Shown here one piece after another: positions 54,063 to 62,400 of a DNA stretch of 64,000 nucleotides. The translations under genes were made by a program, and so were the position numbers. The stretch is from a virus. The stretch's first letter is position 1. Each line of letters starts with the position of its first letter. The stretch covers positions 64,001-128,000 of IMG/VR virus record IMGVR_UViG_3300027896_000011; one strand, 5' to 3'. The notes under the pieces were generated by a model. It was given only the letters and a program-made list of their open reading frames with translations. It was not told where the DNA came from and did no database searches.

Positions 54063-54089
54063 AAGGCCACCTCCAGAGGTGGCTTTTTT
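54063..54089 (+). terminator. Intrinsic terminator
   Basis: GCCACCTC-CA-GAGGTGGC followed by TTTTTT. Confidence 0.7.
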
Positions 54090-54269
54090 AGTTTCGGAGG
54101 TAAGATGGCTAAAAAGAAAAATGAGCAATTGACTAAGGTAGCTGAGGCTATCGTAGAAGCCATTAAGTACGGGCTTACGGGCGAGTCAATAACGAGTAAA
54201 CTAATAAAGGAAGTGCCGGGGAAGAAACCATGAAACAAGATGATCATTATAAACGCTCGACGAACCTAT

Positions 54270-54350
54270 CCGCTAGAACAGATATGGTATCGACGGGCGC
54301 TGTAAACGCCTTGCCTTCGGGCACAGGGGGTTCGATTCCCTCCTAGCGGA
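54270..54350 (+). tRNA. tRNA-Tyr(GTA)
   Basis: CCGCTAG/CTAGCGG acceptor, CTGTAAA loop, long variable arm, GTTCGATTCC. Confidence 0.85.
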
Positions 54351-54354
54351 CTAT

Positions 54355-54426
54355 GCTGCTCTAACTCAATGGAAGAGGGCCGTCCCTTTAAGTCGGTGGT
54401 TGTGGGTTCGACTCCCACGGGCAGTA
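54355..54426 (+). tRNA. tRNA-Lys(TTT), atypical C33
   Basis: Loop CCTTTAA; GTTCGACTCC; one anticodon-stem mismatch. Confidence 0.7.
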
Positions 54427-54457
54427 CAAAAAGATTGACCTGAACTGAAAGGAGAAA

Positions 54458-54832
54458 ATGTCGTATAAAGACCCAGAACATCAACGAGCGTATGCAAGAA
54501 GATGGGTAGCTGATAGGCGTAATGAGTGGTTTAGTAATAAGTGTTGCGTACATTGCGGTTCTAAAGAGTCTTTACAACTAGACCACATTGACCCGTCACA
54601 AAAAGTAAGTCATAAAATATGGTCTTGGTCCCTTGGGCGAAGAGAAGTAGAGATTGCTAAGTGTCAGGTTTTATGCGAAAGGTGCCATAAGATAAAAACA
54701 CTAGAAGCCCACGTAGCAAAAAGAAAGCACGGAACCATGACTATGCGGAACAATGGCTGTCATTGCGATGAGTGCCGAAGATTTTGGACAGAGTATATGA
54801 GAGAGTATAGAAGTAAGAGTCGTAAGCTTTGA
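54458..54832 (+). CDS. HNH endonuclease within the tRNA cluster
   Basis: CVHCG..LQLDHIDP...KCQVLCERCH. Confidence 0.85.
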   Translation: MSYKDPEHQRAYARRWVADRRNEWFSNKCCVHCGSKESLQLDHIDPSQKVSHKIWSWSLGRREVEIAKCQVLCERCHKIKTLEAHVAKRKHGTMTMRNNGCHCDECRRFWTEYMREYRSKSRKL

Positions 54833-54888
54833 CGGTGAAGCACAGGTCTCTTAAACCTGCTAACTAGCTTCGAGTGCTAGACGGCTCA
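54817..54888 (+). tRNA. tRNA-Lys(CTT)
   Basis: CAGGT-CTCTTAA-ACCTG; GAGTCGT/ACGGCTC acceptor. Confidence 0.8.
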
Positions 54889-54966
54889 CGAACGAAGGTC
54901 GCTCCTTCGGTTATGTGAAAAGAGAATAGTAAACAATGCGGCGGGTGAAACCACACCCGTCTTTAT

Positions 54967-55039
54967 GCCCCGAAAGCTCTCATGGGATGAGCGCTGCCCT
55001 GAAGAGGTAGAGGGTCCAGATCGTTACTGGAGCGGGGCA
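54967..55039 (+). tRNA. tRNA-Phe(GAA)
   Basis: CTGCC-CTGAAGA-GGTAG; GCCCCG/CGGGGC acceptor; atypical T-loop. Confidence 0.7.
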
Positions 55040-55041
55040 CA

Positions 55042-55208
55042 ACAGAACACCTCCATAAGAACTTAGCAGATGGAAAGTTGACCATCTTTGACGCCCTGAA
55101 TTAACAGGAGACGAAAACAGGAACCTAGGCCCTGTAAACTCGTCAAGGCAGCGTGTACACGACTGCAAAGGTAGGCTAACGCTGGAGATATGCCAGTAGG
55201 TGTTCTGT
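55042..55208 (+). ncRNA. Unknown multi-stem structured RNA
   Basis: 11-bp closing stem ACAGAACACCT/AGGTGTTCTGT enclosing several hairpins. Confidence 0.55.
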
Positions 55209-55372
55209 ATTATCTCTTAGATCACTGCCCGTTGTTGAAAGACATCGATGGTCTATTGCCGGTATGGGAAAGTGGGCTAGTTAACTTCCCGGCACGGAAT
55301 GGCTCTCTGTAGGTGACCTAAAGCAAGGGACTGTGAGCCAAGCTTGACACCCCGGAGAGACGGGGGAATTAT

Positions 55373-55445
55373 TGGGGATTAGCACAGTGGTTTAGTGTAG
55401 CGGTCTCTGACACCGTTGACCAAGGTTCGACTCCTTGATCCCAGT
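55373..55445 (+). tRNA. tRNA-Gln(CTG)
   Basis: GCGGT-CTCTGAC-ACCGT; GTTCGACTCC. Confidence 0.85.
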
Positions 55446-55449
55446 TATT

Positions 55450-55521
55450 CCGGTGTGACCTAACGGGATAAGGTATAAGACTTTGACTCTTGGAATATTG
55501 GTTCAACTCCAGTCACCGGAA
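55450..55521 (+). tRNA. tRNA-Gln(TTG)
   Basis: TAAGA-CTTTGAC-TCTTG; TCCGGTG/CACCGGA. Confidence 0.8.
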
Positions 55522-55721
55522 CTAGAAAAAGATTATGCAGGGCTGTAGCATGATGCTACTAGTAGGGTGCTCCGTGCACGGGGTCCTATGGTCTCACAAG
55601 GTAAGAGTCCTTGGCACCTGCACCTTTATATTTCGACACCTTATTTTGTACTCCTTGTTCAAAATAGGCATAAGGTCAGGTTGGTCCCTTTTCCTGAGTC
55701 GATAAAGAAGGGACATCTATT

Positions 55722-55794
55722 GGAGCTGTAGTTTAATCAGTAAAACATTCGCTTGATAAGCGGAAGACAGTTGGGGCAGAGCCAATCAGCTCTA
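55722..55794 (+). tRNA. tRNA-Ile(GAT)
   Basis: TTCGC-TTGATAA-GCGGA; GGAGCTG/CAGCTCT. Confidence 0.75.
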
Positions 55795-55804
55795 CTAAGT
55801 TTAT

Positions 55805-55880
55805 GGTGGTTATGGTGTAGCGGCTCTGCACGCCTGTCTGTGAAACAGGAGGTTCGAGATCAACACTCGATAATCACCCA
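55805..55880 (+). tRNA. tRNA-His(GTG)
   Basis: CCTGT-CTGTGAA-ACAGG; extra G-1 pair; encoded CCA. Confidence 0.8.
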
Positions 55881-55882
55881 AG

Positions 55883-56515
55883 ATGAGGAATAAAATTCCA
55901 ATATACGTTTATTACCACATAGCGCAGATGAATAACTGGCGGGAGATATATCAAGAACAGGTTGTCTTTTTATTGAACTCGGGGCTGTATGATCTTGTAG
56001 ATGAGATTTGTATAGGTGTGCTAGGCAGTGATGCCTTACCGATTCTTCCGCCCATGTTCAAGATGCTTTTTCAACATAGTGACGTGACTTTGGCAGAGAT
56101 TCCAACTTTAGAGTCATTACGAGAAAGAGCAATGGTGGAAGACTTTAATGTTTTGTACTTCCATACGAAAGGAGTATCACACCCTGATACTGACTATGAT
56201 TTCATGCGGAAGTGGCGGAAGTACATGGAGGGGTATTGCATTGGAAAGTGGAAAGAGTGTATTACGCATCTTAAAAGGTTTGATACTGTAGGGTGTGAGT
56301 ATCATGCAGCCCCGTTTAAGCATTTCAGTGGTAATTTCTGGTGGAGTAAAGCTTCTTACCTTCGTACGCTTCCAAGATTGAAAGATGTACCTCTACATGG
56401 GTTTGCTGAATCCCGGATGAAAGCAGAGATATGGGTCGGCACTAATCCAAGGGTGAAGATAAAGTGTTTGAGTACGGTTAACGACAGGTCTTTTCCACTA
56501 GAAACTGGAGAATAA
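55883..56515 (+). CDS. Putative glycosyltransferase-like protein
   Basis: VLYFHTKG and HFSGNFWWS..YL motifs, recalled from viral glycosyltransferase-associated proteins. Confidence 0.55.
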   Translation: MRNKIPIYVYYHIAQMNNWREIYQEQVVFLLNSGLYDLVDEICIGVLGSDALPILPPMFKMLFQHSDVTLAEIPTLESLRERAMVEDFNVLYFHTKGVSHPDTDYDFMRKWRKYMEGYCIGKWKECITHLKRFDTVGCEYHAAPFKHFSGNFWWSKASYLRTLPRLKDVPLHGFAESRMKAEIWVGTNPRVKIKCLSTVNDRSFPLETGE

Positions 56516-56681
56516 ATAGAATGCTGTAATAACTTCAAGTGACTAAAAGCAAATAGGTGGATACCACGTGTACTTCTGTCATGCGAGTATACGTCCTTTC
56601 GGTCATCAGCCTTGAGTTGCCTATTTTCTCTGGGGGCTGGAAGATTACAGCATCCTATTTATTCTCCGGAAAATATAATAA

Positions 56682-56752
56682 CTGGGTGTAGGGTAATGGT
56701 TACCCACTTGCCCTGGGAGCAAGTCTATGCAGGTTCAACTCCTGTCGCCCAG
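56682..56752 (+). tRNA. tRNA-Pro(TGG), atypical C33
   Basis: CTTGC-CCTGGGA-GCAAG; GTTCAACTCC. Confidence 0.75.
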
Positions 56753-56763
56753 ACTAATACAAG

Positions 56764-56835
56764 GGGGACGTAGTGATAACGATAGCACTCCACGTTTGCA
56801 CCGTGGAAGTCGGAGTTTGATTCTCCGCGTCTCCA
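56764..56835 (+). tRNA. tRNA-Ala(TGC)
   Basis: CCACG-TTTGCAC-CGTGG; G3:U70 pair in GGGGACG/CGTCTCC. Confidence 0.8.
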
Positions 56836-56978
56836 CTTAGATTGCTCGTGAGCTCACCTGGAGGAAGTCCAATTCCTTTACCAGGTATGCGGTCAGCCGG
56901 TGTAAATTGGACTCAGGCTGGTACAAGCAATCTTTATTTAACGCCGGAAACAAAAGAAGAACAAAGAAAGGTAGGCTA

Positions 56979-57218
56979 ATGGCTAACGGAGAAAACGTGT
57001 GTCCAGTGTGTAAGGGGTCTTTGAAGAAGTCGGATGGTAGAGATTGTACTAATTGTGGCGGGCAATATATGTGGGGAAGTCCTGTTGGTGTTGTTAGATT
57101 ACGAAAAGATGGTACCCCATGTACTCATGAATATACCGGAGCGGTATTAGGTAATTGTTTGCGCGGATACTCTTGTATTCATTGCGGGGACGCATATGAA
57201 ATAGATTCTGGAGATTAG
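56979..57218 (+). CDS. Small Zn-binding protein
   Basis: CPVCKG, CTNCGG, CIHCG. Confidence 0.6.
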   Translation: MANGENVCPVCKGSLKKSDGRDCTNCGGQYMWGSPVGVVRLRKDGTPCTHEYTGAVLGNCLRGYSCIHCGDAYEIDSGD

Positions 57219-57339
57219 GAGCTGTCAGTCAATACAGCACGGTGGCGTATTGCGAGCCGTTATTATCGTGATACTTACTCCGGAGAAAGTTCCGAGGGAT
57301 TACCCGGTCGCCTGGGCTTATGTCCGAAGGACTGGGATT

Positions 57340-57411
57340 GGGTTGTTCATCTAGCGGTAAGGATGTCAGTCTCCAAAATTGATCACGGAAGTTCGAGTCT
57401 TCCACAACCCG
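57340..57411 (+). tRNA. tRNA-Trp(CCA)
   Basis: TCAGT-CTCCAAA-ATTGA; GTTCGAGTC. Confidence 0.85.
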
Positions 57412-57500
57412 CAATCCCCCTCGCCTGGGAACTGGCTCCCCAGGTTCTCTGTGGCGGCATATATTTATTAGAACCGTCGGAGATTGGAAGAGGGGGTGTT

Positions 57501-57583
57501 GGATGGTGAATCCGTCAGGGACGAAACCTGTCTTGAAAACAGTGTGAGCCTTATGGCTTGAGTTTCGAGTACTCCGCCATCCT
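57501..57583 (+). tRNA. tRNA-Ser(TGA)
   Basis: CTGT-CTTGAAA-ACAG; long variable arm. Confidence 0.75.
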
Positions 57584-57613
57584 CGAGTGTAAATAGAAAG
57601 GAAAACACGAAAT

Positions 57614-58135
57614 ATGTGGCAAAAGATTAGAAGGCATCTACCGAACTGGCTAAAACAAACACTCTATTGGTTGAGGACACGTACGTACAACAAATACCAT
57701 CTACTTGATTGCCGGAGTAAACAAAATGGATATACATGGGGTTGGCAAGACATATGTAGCCGGATAGTATTTGCTAATATGAATATGCTTAAGCTATATG
57801 TTGAGCACGAAGCAGATCATATTGATTGGACATCTGATCCAGAACACATACACGCCCGAGCAGAGATGGAAGAGTTATATCAGTGGTGGATGAGAGGTAG
57901 AAAGATTGAACATGATGCATACGATGCATTAATAAACAAAACCTATGGGTTTGAAGGCTGCACTAAGTTAGTATCAGCTAAGGATGGTTTGCAGGGTCTA
58001 GTATTTACTAAGCGTGGAGATTCTGCGTGGGAGGCAGATTGTGATGCTTGTAGTGAGGCGGAAAAAGCATTGACTCAAAAAGATGAGGATATGCTGATCA
58101 GACTCATTAAGATCAAAAATTATTTGTGGTCATAA
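57614..58135 (+). CDS. Hypothetical phage protein
   Basis: AAGGA RBS; 173-aa ORF. Confidence 0.6.
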   Translation: MWQKIRRHLPNWLKQTLYWLRTRTYNKYHLLDCRSKQNGYTWGWQDICSRIVFANMNMLKLYVEHEADHIDWTSDPEHIHARAEMEELYQWWMRGRKIEHDAYDALINKTYGFEGCTKLVSAKDGLQGLVFTKRGDSAWEADCDACSEAEKALTQKDEDMLIRLIKIKNYLWS

Positions 58136-58161
58136 GGCATAGCTGGGCTTCCCCCAGCTAC

Positions 58162-58249
58162 GGAGAGTTGCCGGAGTTTGGTAAGCGGGTCAGGTTGCTA
58201 ACCTGAAGCCAACCGAAAGGTTGCAAATGTTCGATTCATTTACTCTCTT
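58162..58249 (+). tRNA. tRNA-Ser(GCT)
   Basis: TCAGG-TTGCTAA-CCTGA; long variable arm; GTTCGATTC. Confidence 0.8.
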
Positions 58250-58342
58250 CAACGGCTTCCCAGCCCTGCGTTGTGGCGGGGCCTCCCACCCTCTCAGAGG
58301 GATGGCAAAGTACACGCCGGGAAAATGGTAAGGGAAGTCTCT

Positions 58343-58413
58343 GGTTACGTCGGCAAGTGGTAAGCCTCCAGTCTGCAAAACTGGCATCGTTGGTTCAATT
58401 CCAACCGTAACCT
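58343..58413 (+). tRNA. tRNA-Cys(GCA)
   Basis: CCAGT-CTGCAAA-ACTGG. Confidence 0.85.
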
Positions 58414-58523
58414 CGAGCCATACTTATGAGAGAGTGGTGGAAATCTTGGTCCATAACAGGTCGCTCCTGTGATGTCGGTATCAAATCCGACCTCTCTCTT
58501 CAATTTGAACAAAAGGAGGAACG

Positions 58524-60038
58524 GTGCACCTTACTGCATGTATGCTCGTCCGGAATGAAGAAAGTATAATAGAGGAGAACATTTTCTTTCATAGAAGGAT
58601 GGGTGTTGATCGGTTCTTAATTATGAACCACATCTCTACTGACAATACTCTTTCTATTCTTAACCGGCTTAAAGAAGAGGGCGTAGATATTGTTGTATAC
58701 GAACAAAATAGCCCAAAGTATCTTCAAGCAGAGTGGATGTCTTTTCTCTCTCAAGAAGCACATCGACTTGGTACTGATTGGGTAATTATGATTGATGCTG
58801 ATGAATTCTTTTTGCCAAAGAAGCCAACCATTAAGGATTACTTAGCGTCAGTCCCGGAATGTATAGATGTTATCCAGTGTCTTTGGTATAACAACTTTCC
58901 GGTTAAAGGAGTAACACCATTCTATTTGAATACCTATTTCGTTCCCTATCTTTACATGTATAAAGTCATTATGAGGGCAAGTCCCAATAGTGGGGTGGTT
59001 ATGGGTAATCATGCTCCTACACATACTGATAGATGTGTAAGAGAACATGATGCACTTAGGGTGATGCATTTTCAGCATCGGGATAAGGCCAGTGTATATG
59101 GTAAATATGTTTTAGGAGGGGAGGCTCTGGTAAATTCTAATTTACCTGCTGGTGTAGGTTCTCATTGGAGAGACGGACTTGAAGCTTTTCGGAAAGGTAA
59201 GTTTGAAGAGTTTACAGATTACTTTTTCCATTCTGAGGAGGAGGTACAGGCAGTACCTAGAGTTATTGAGGATGGAACATTAAAGAGGTTGTTTCAGCAT
59301 AGAAGCAATCATACTACTAAGTGGTTAGAGATCACATCAATGGTAGGTTGTACCAATAGATGTACGTATTGCCCACAGTCTTTATTTACGGCTAAGTACC
59401 ATAAGATGTATTTAGGGACAGCTTGTACTATGAGCCCAGAGGGACTTTCTTCTATACTAGATAATGTAGACCCTATCACTACTGCTATACATTTTTCAGG
59501 GTTTAATGAGATATTTGCTCATCCTGAAGGGCATGAGCTTATTGCCTTTACCTATGAGCGGGGATTTGATATAGCGCTGTTTTCTACTCTAGTAGGGTTA
59601 ACTGAAGATAAGGTTGCGTTTCTAGCTGATAGAGGGGTGGAGTTTTCTTGGGTCAGGCTTCATGAGTTTGATGGACCTAAGTTCAATAAAGAGGATTTTG
59701 AGGCTAAGGCTAAGTTGTTAAGAGAGTCGGTACGTATAAACCGCTTTGAGTGTCAACGTGTAGAACATCCTATCTCTAGAGGTGGTTCCTTATGGGAGCC
59801 CGGATATAACAATAGAGGAATTACGTGTTCAAGGTTTGATTGTAATGTGGTATTACCTAATGGAGAGGTGTACCTCTGTTGTTCTGATTGGGGCCTTCGT
59901 CATTATATAGGTAACCTTCTTACAGATCACTATGACGGTGACTTATTCACGTCTGTTCGTAATTCTTTGAGAGAACAAGGAAGAACTCCAGGTACAGATA
60001 TGTTGTGTAAGCATTGTGAGATGGCAGTGCCTATTTGA
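58524..60038 (+). CDS. Fusion of a GT2-like glycosyltransferase and a radical SAM/SPASM-like domain
   Basis: LTACMLVRNEE..WVIMIDADEF; CTNRCTYC; VVLPNGEVYLCC..D..IGNL..CKHC. Confidence 0.75.
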   Translation: MHLTACMLVRNEESIIEENIFFHRRMGVDRFLIMNHISTDNTLSILNRLKEEGVDIVVYEQNSPKYLQAEWMSFLSQEAHRLGTDWVIMIDADEFFLPKKPTIKDYLASVPECIDVIQCLWYNNFPVKGVTPFYLNTYFVPYLYMYKVIMRASPNSGVVMGNHAPTHTDRCVREHDALRVMHFQHRDKASVYGKYVLGGEALVNSNLPAGVGSHWRDGLEAFRKGKFEEFTDYFFHSEEEVQAVPRVIEDGTLKRLFQHRSNHTTKWLEITSMVGCTNRCTYCPQSLFTAKYHKMYLGTACTMSPEGLSSILDNVDPITTAIHFSGFNEIFAHPEGHELIAFTYERGFDIALFSTLVGLTEDKVAFLADRGVEFSWVRLHEFDGPKFNKEDFEAKAKLLRESVRINRFECQRVEHPISRGGSLWEPGYNNRGITCSRFDCNVVLPNGEVYLCCSDWGLRHYIGNLLTDHYDGDLFTSVRNSLREQGRTPGTDMLCKHCEMAVPI

Positions 60039-60100
60039 TTTAGATAAACCCTTCTATAGAGGGGTCTGGACAGAGGAAGCTAGCGCCTGTTGTCCAGTTT

Positions 60101-60172
60101 GCAAAGATGGCAGAATGGTTATGCATCACCTTGCCAAGGTGAATTATGCGGGTTCGAATCCCGTTCTTTGCT
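60101..60172 (+). tRNA. tRNA-Gly(GCC)
   Basis: TCACC-TTGCCAA-GGTGA; GTTCGAATCC. Confidence 0.85.
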
Positions 60173-60250
60173 CCCGCCACGAGAAATCGTGGATAGTAGA
60201 TGCTCCTTCCTACGAGGCCGAAATGGCGAAAGTTATAATGGGAGCAATTT

Positions 60251-60321
60251 GCACCATTGGCCTAGAAGCCGGGCGTCAGCCTTCCAAGCTGAATAGACGA
60301 GGGCAGTACTCGTATGGTGCT
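60251..60321 (+). tRNA. tRNA-Gly(TCC)
   Basis: TCAGC-CTTCCAA-GCTGA; GCACCAT/ATGGTGC; atypical T-loop. Confidence 0.7.
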
Positions 60322-60418
60322 CTATCTGGATGCTCTTGTTGTTTACGTGTGTGGGCCTTTCAATAAGTTTGTACCTTATTGCTGGGTATTATAAACGGTC
60401 ACAGCAAGAGCAATACGT

Positions 60419-60489
60419 GCCGTCATATGTTAATGGTAGACGGTTTCCTCGGTAAGGAAGCGGCGGCAGTTCAATTCTGTCTGACGGCT
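60419..60489 (+). tRNA. tRNA-Thr(GGT), atypical C33
   Basis: TTCC-TCGGTAA-GGAA; GCCGTCA/TGACGGC. Confidence 0.75.
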
Positions 60490-60503
60490 CAAAGGAGAAA
60501 CAA

Positions 60504-61607
60504 ATGCTTGAATACGAAGGGAAATATGCCAAGTGTAAAGTAATGACGGATAATATAGAAGAGACGGCTGTAACTCAAATTTATGGATTCCTTAATTCTC
60601 CGGCATTTGAAGGGGCTATTATACGTATAATGCCTGACGTTCATGCAGGTGCCGGAGCAGTAGTAGGATTTACTAGTACGTTAACGGATAAAGTAATACC
60701 GAATGTTGTTGGAGTCGATATAGGTTGCGGAATAGAAAGTTATCGTTTAGGTAAGGAGGAAGTGAATTTCTTGGCATTAGATAATTTTATTCGTGCAACT
60801 ATACCTAGTGGATTTAACGTGCATGAAAAGGTTATCCCGCATAGGTACGATGGTTTTGTACAACTTGAGGAGATTACCGAACGAACTGAGCAAGATTATG
60901 GCAGAGTTTTACGCTCTCTAGGTACTCTTGGGGGAGGTAACCATTTCATAGAATTAGGTGTAGACCAATTTGATGACAAGTGGCTAACTATCCATACGGG
61001 GTCTAGGAATTTTGGACTCAAGGTCGCCACCTACCATCAGCATATAGCTGAGCTGGCTGTTGGTAAACTAAATGGGCTAGCTTGGTTAGAGGGAACTATA
61101 GCAAAACAATATCTTTCCGATATGAAAGTGGCTCAAGAGTACGCAGCCCGTAATAGAGAGTATATTGTCGATAGAATTCTACAAGGGTTCTTTGGTAAGA
61201 GTATTGGTTACGTAACTAAAGTAGGAAGTGTGCATAACTACATTGACTTCACGGACAATGTGATACGAAAAGGTGCTATAGCGGCACATGAGCATCAGTT
61301 ACTCGTTATCCCCTGGAATATGAGGGATGGGTTAATTATTGGCCGGGGCAAGGGAAATGGGGATTGGAATATGTCTGCCCCTCATGGTGCTGGAAGAATA
61401 ATGGGTAGAGGCGCAGCAAAGAAGACTATTCAGTTAGAGGACTTCCAAGAGTCTATGAAGGGTATTTGGTCTAGTTGCATAAGTAAGGACACATTAGACG
61501 AGTCACCTATGGTATACAAAAATTCGGAGATGATAAAAGAAGCAATAGCTGATACTGTTGAGATCACAAACGTGGTAAAACCTCTTTACAACTTTAAGGC
61601 AAGTTAA
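60504..61607 (+). CDS. rtcB: RtcB-family RNA ligase
   Basis: IMPDVHAG, VGVDIGCG, GTLGGGNHFIE, IHTGSRN, VHNY, RKGA, SAPHGAGR, DESPMVYK. Confidence 0.95.
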   Translation: MLEYEGKYAKCKVMTDNIEETAVTQIYGFLNSPAFEGAIIRIMPDVHAGAGAVVGFTSTLTDKVIPNVVGVDIGCGIESYRLGKEEVNFLALDNFIRATIPSGFNVHEKVIPHRYDGFVQLEEITERTEQDYGRVLRSLGTLGGGNHFIELGVDQFDDKWLTIHTGSRNFGLKVATYHQHIAELAVGKLNGLAWLEGTIAKQYLSDMKVAQEYAARNREYIVDRILQGFFGKSIGYVTKVGSVHNYIDFTDNVIRKGAIAAHEHQLLVIPWNMRDGLIIGRGKGNGDWNMSAPHGAGRIMGRGAAKKTIQLEDFQESMKGIWSSCISKDTLDESPMVYKNSEMIKEAIADTVEITNVVKPLYNFKAS

Positions 61608-61616
61608 GGAACAAAA

Positions 61617-61988
61617 ATGGAGTATGAAAAGACCATACTTAACTACCCAAAATTTCTGAAGAAGATTGGTGTATATATTAAGGTACAGACATATGATCGA
61701 GACGGAGGGCACAAACACCCCAGGCATAGAATAGAGCTACGGGGAGCTCCGCCTAAGATTACAGAGGAAGCGTTGGCGTTTGAGATGCCTTGTGTAACGT
61801 GTGGTCGAACCATTAGCCCGTTTAGACTCTGTAAGGGTAACAAAAATGGGTTTATTGAATCCCGGCGAAGTAGTACGGCTGGTGTATACTTCGCGGCTAC
61901 CTGTCCACTTAATACATCAATAGGCTGCTCTCGTTCTAAACAAGCGGCGGAAGAATATGAAAGAGTAGTTAAAAAGTATCTAGGATGA
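61617..61988 (+). CDS. Hypothetical Cys-containing protein
   Basis: TAAGGA RBS; CVTCG motif. Confidence 0.55.
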   Translation: MEYEKTILNYPKFLKKIGVYIKVQTYDRDGGHKHPRHRIELRGAPPKITEEALAFEMPCVTCGRTISPFRLCKGNKNGFIESRRSSTAGVYFAATCPLNTSIGCSRSKQAAEEYERVVKKYLG

Positions 61989-62026
61989 TACAGATGTGCG
62001 TACCCGTGCGTATCTTCACGGGTAAT

Positions 62027-62098
62027 GCTTCTAAAACATTGATGGTGATGTGCCAGTTTCGTAAACTGGAAAATGCCGTTCAAGTCGGCATAGAAGCT
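62027..62098 (+). tRNA. tRNA-Thr(CGT)
   Basis: CCAGT-TTCGTAA-ACTGG; GCTTCTA/TAGAAGC. Confidence 0.8.
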
Positions 62099-62099
62099 C

Positions 62100-62171
62100 T
62101 GCGGGTTAGACTAGCGGAACAGTCTCAAGGCTCATACCCTTGCCAGCGCAGTTCAACTCTGCGACCCGCAA
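62100..62171 (+). tRNA. tRNA-Met(CAT), possibly initiator-type
   Basis: CAAGG-CTCATAC-CCTTG; TGCGGGT/ACCCGCA. Confidence 0.75.
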
Positions 62172-62172
62172 C

Positions 62173-62244
62173 GCTCCTCAAGCATTGGTGGCGATGCACG
62201 GGTTTTGTAAACCCGAGAGAACAGTTCAACTCTGTTGTGGAGCT
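62173..62244 (+). tRNA. tRNA-Thr(TGT)
   Basis: CGGGT-TTTGTAA-ACCCG. Confidence 0.8.
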
Positions 62245-62248
62245 CTAT

Positions 62249-62320
62249 TCTCGGGTGGCTGACTAGCAAAGCAGCGCACTGTTAATGCGTCATATGCAGG
62301 AGCGTAACCTGCCCCGAGAG
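62249..62320 (+). tRNA. tRNA-Asn(GTT)
   Basis: GCGCA-CTGTTAA-TGCGT; TCTCGGG/CCCGAGA. Confidence 0.75.
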
Positions 62321-62325
62321 CTTAT

Positions 62326-62400
62326 GCGCTCATAGCTCAGTTGGATCAGAGCAATTGATTTCTAATCAATGGGTCGGGAGTTCGAATCTCTCTGAGCGTA
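62326..62400 (+). tRNA. tRNA-Arg(TCT)
   Basis: TAGCTCAGTTGGA D-arm; ATTGA-TTTCTAA-TCAAT; GTTCGAATC. Confidence 0.9.

Noticed and set aside
54355-54426. Ochre suppressor tRNA (TTA anticodon)
   Set aside because: The anticodon stem pairs only when the loop is CCTTTAA, which gives TTT (Lys).
60202-60248. Hammerhead ribozyme (CTACGAGGCCGAAATGGCGAAA)
   Set aside because: The core lacks the G of CUGANGA and I could not build a convincing stem III with a UH cleavage site; an Infernal search would settle it.
61985-62266. ORFs over tRNA genes (also 54266-54553, 57229-57414, 58190-58387, 60016-60366)
   Set aside because: They overlap well-formed tRNAs and are likely spurious.
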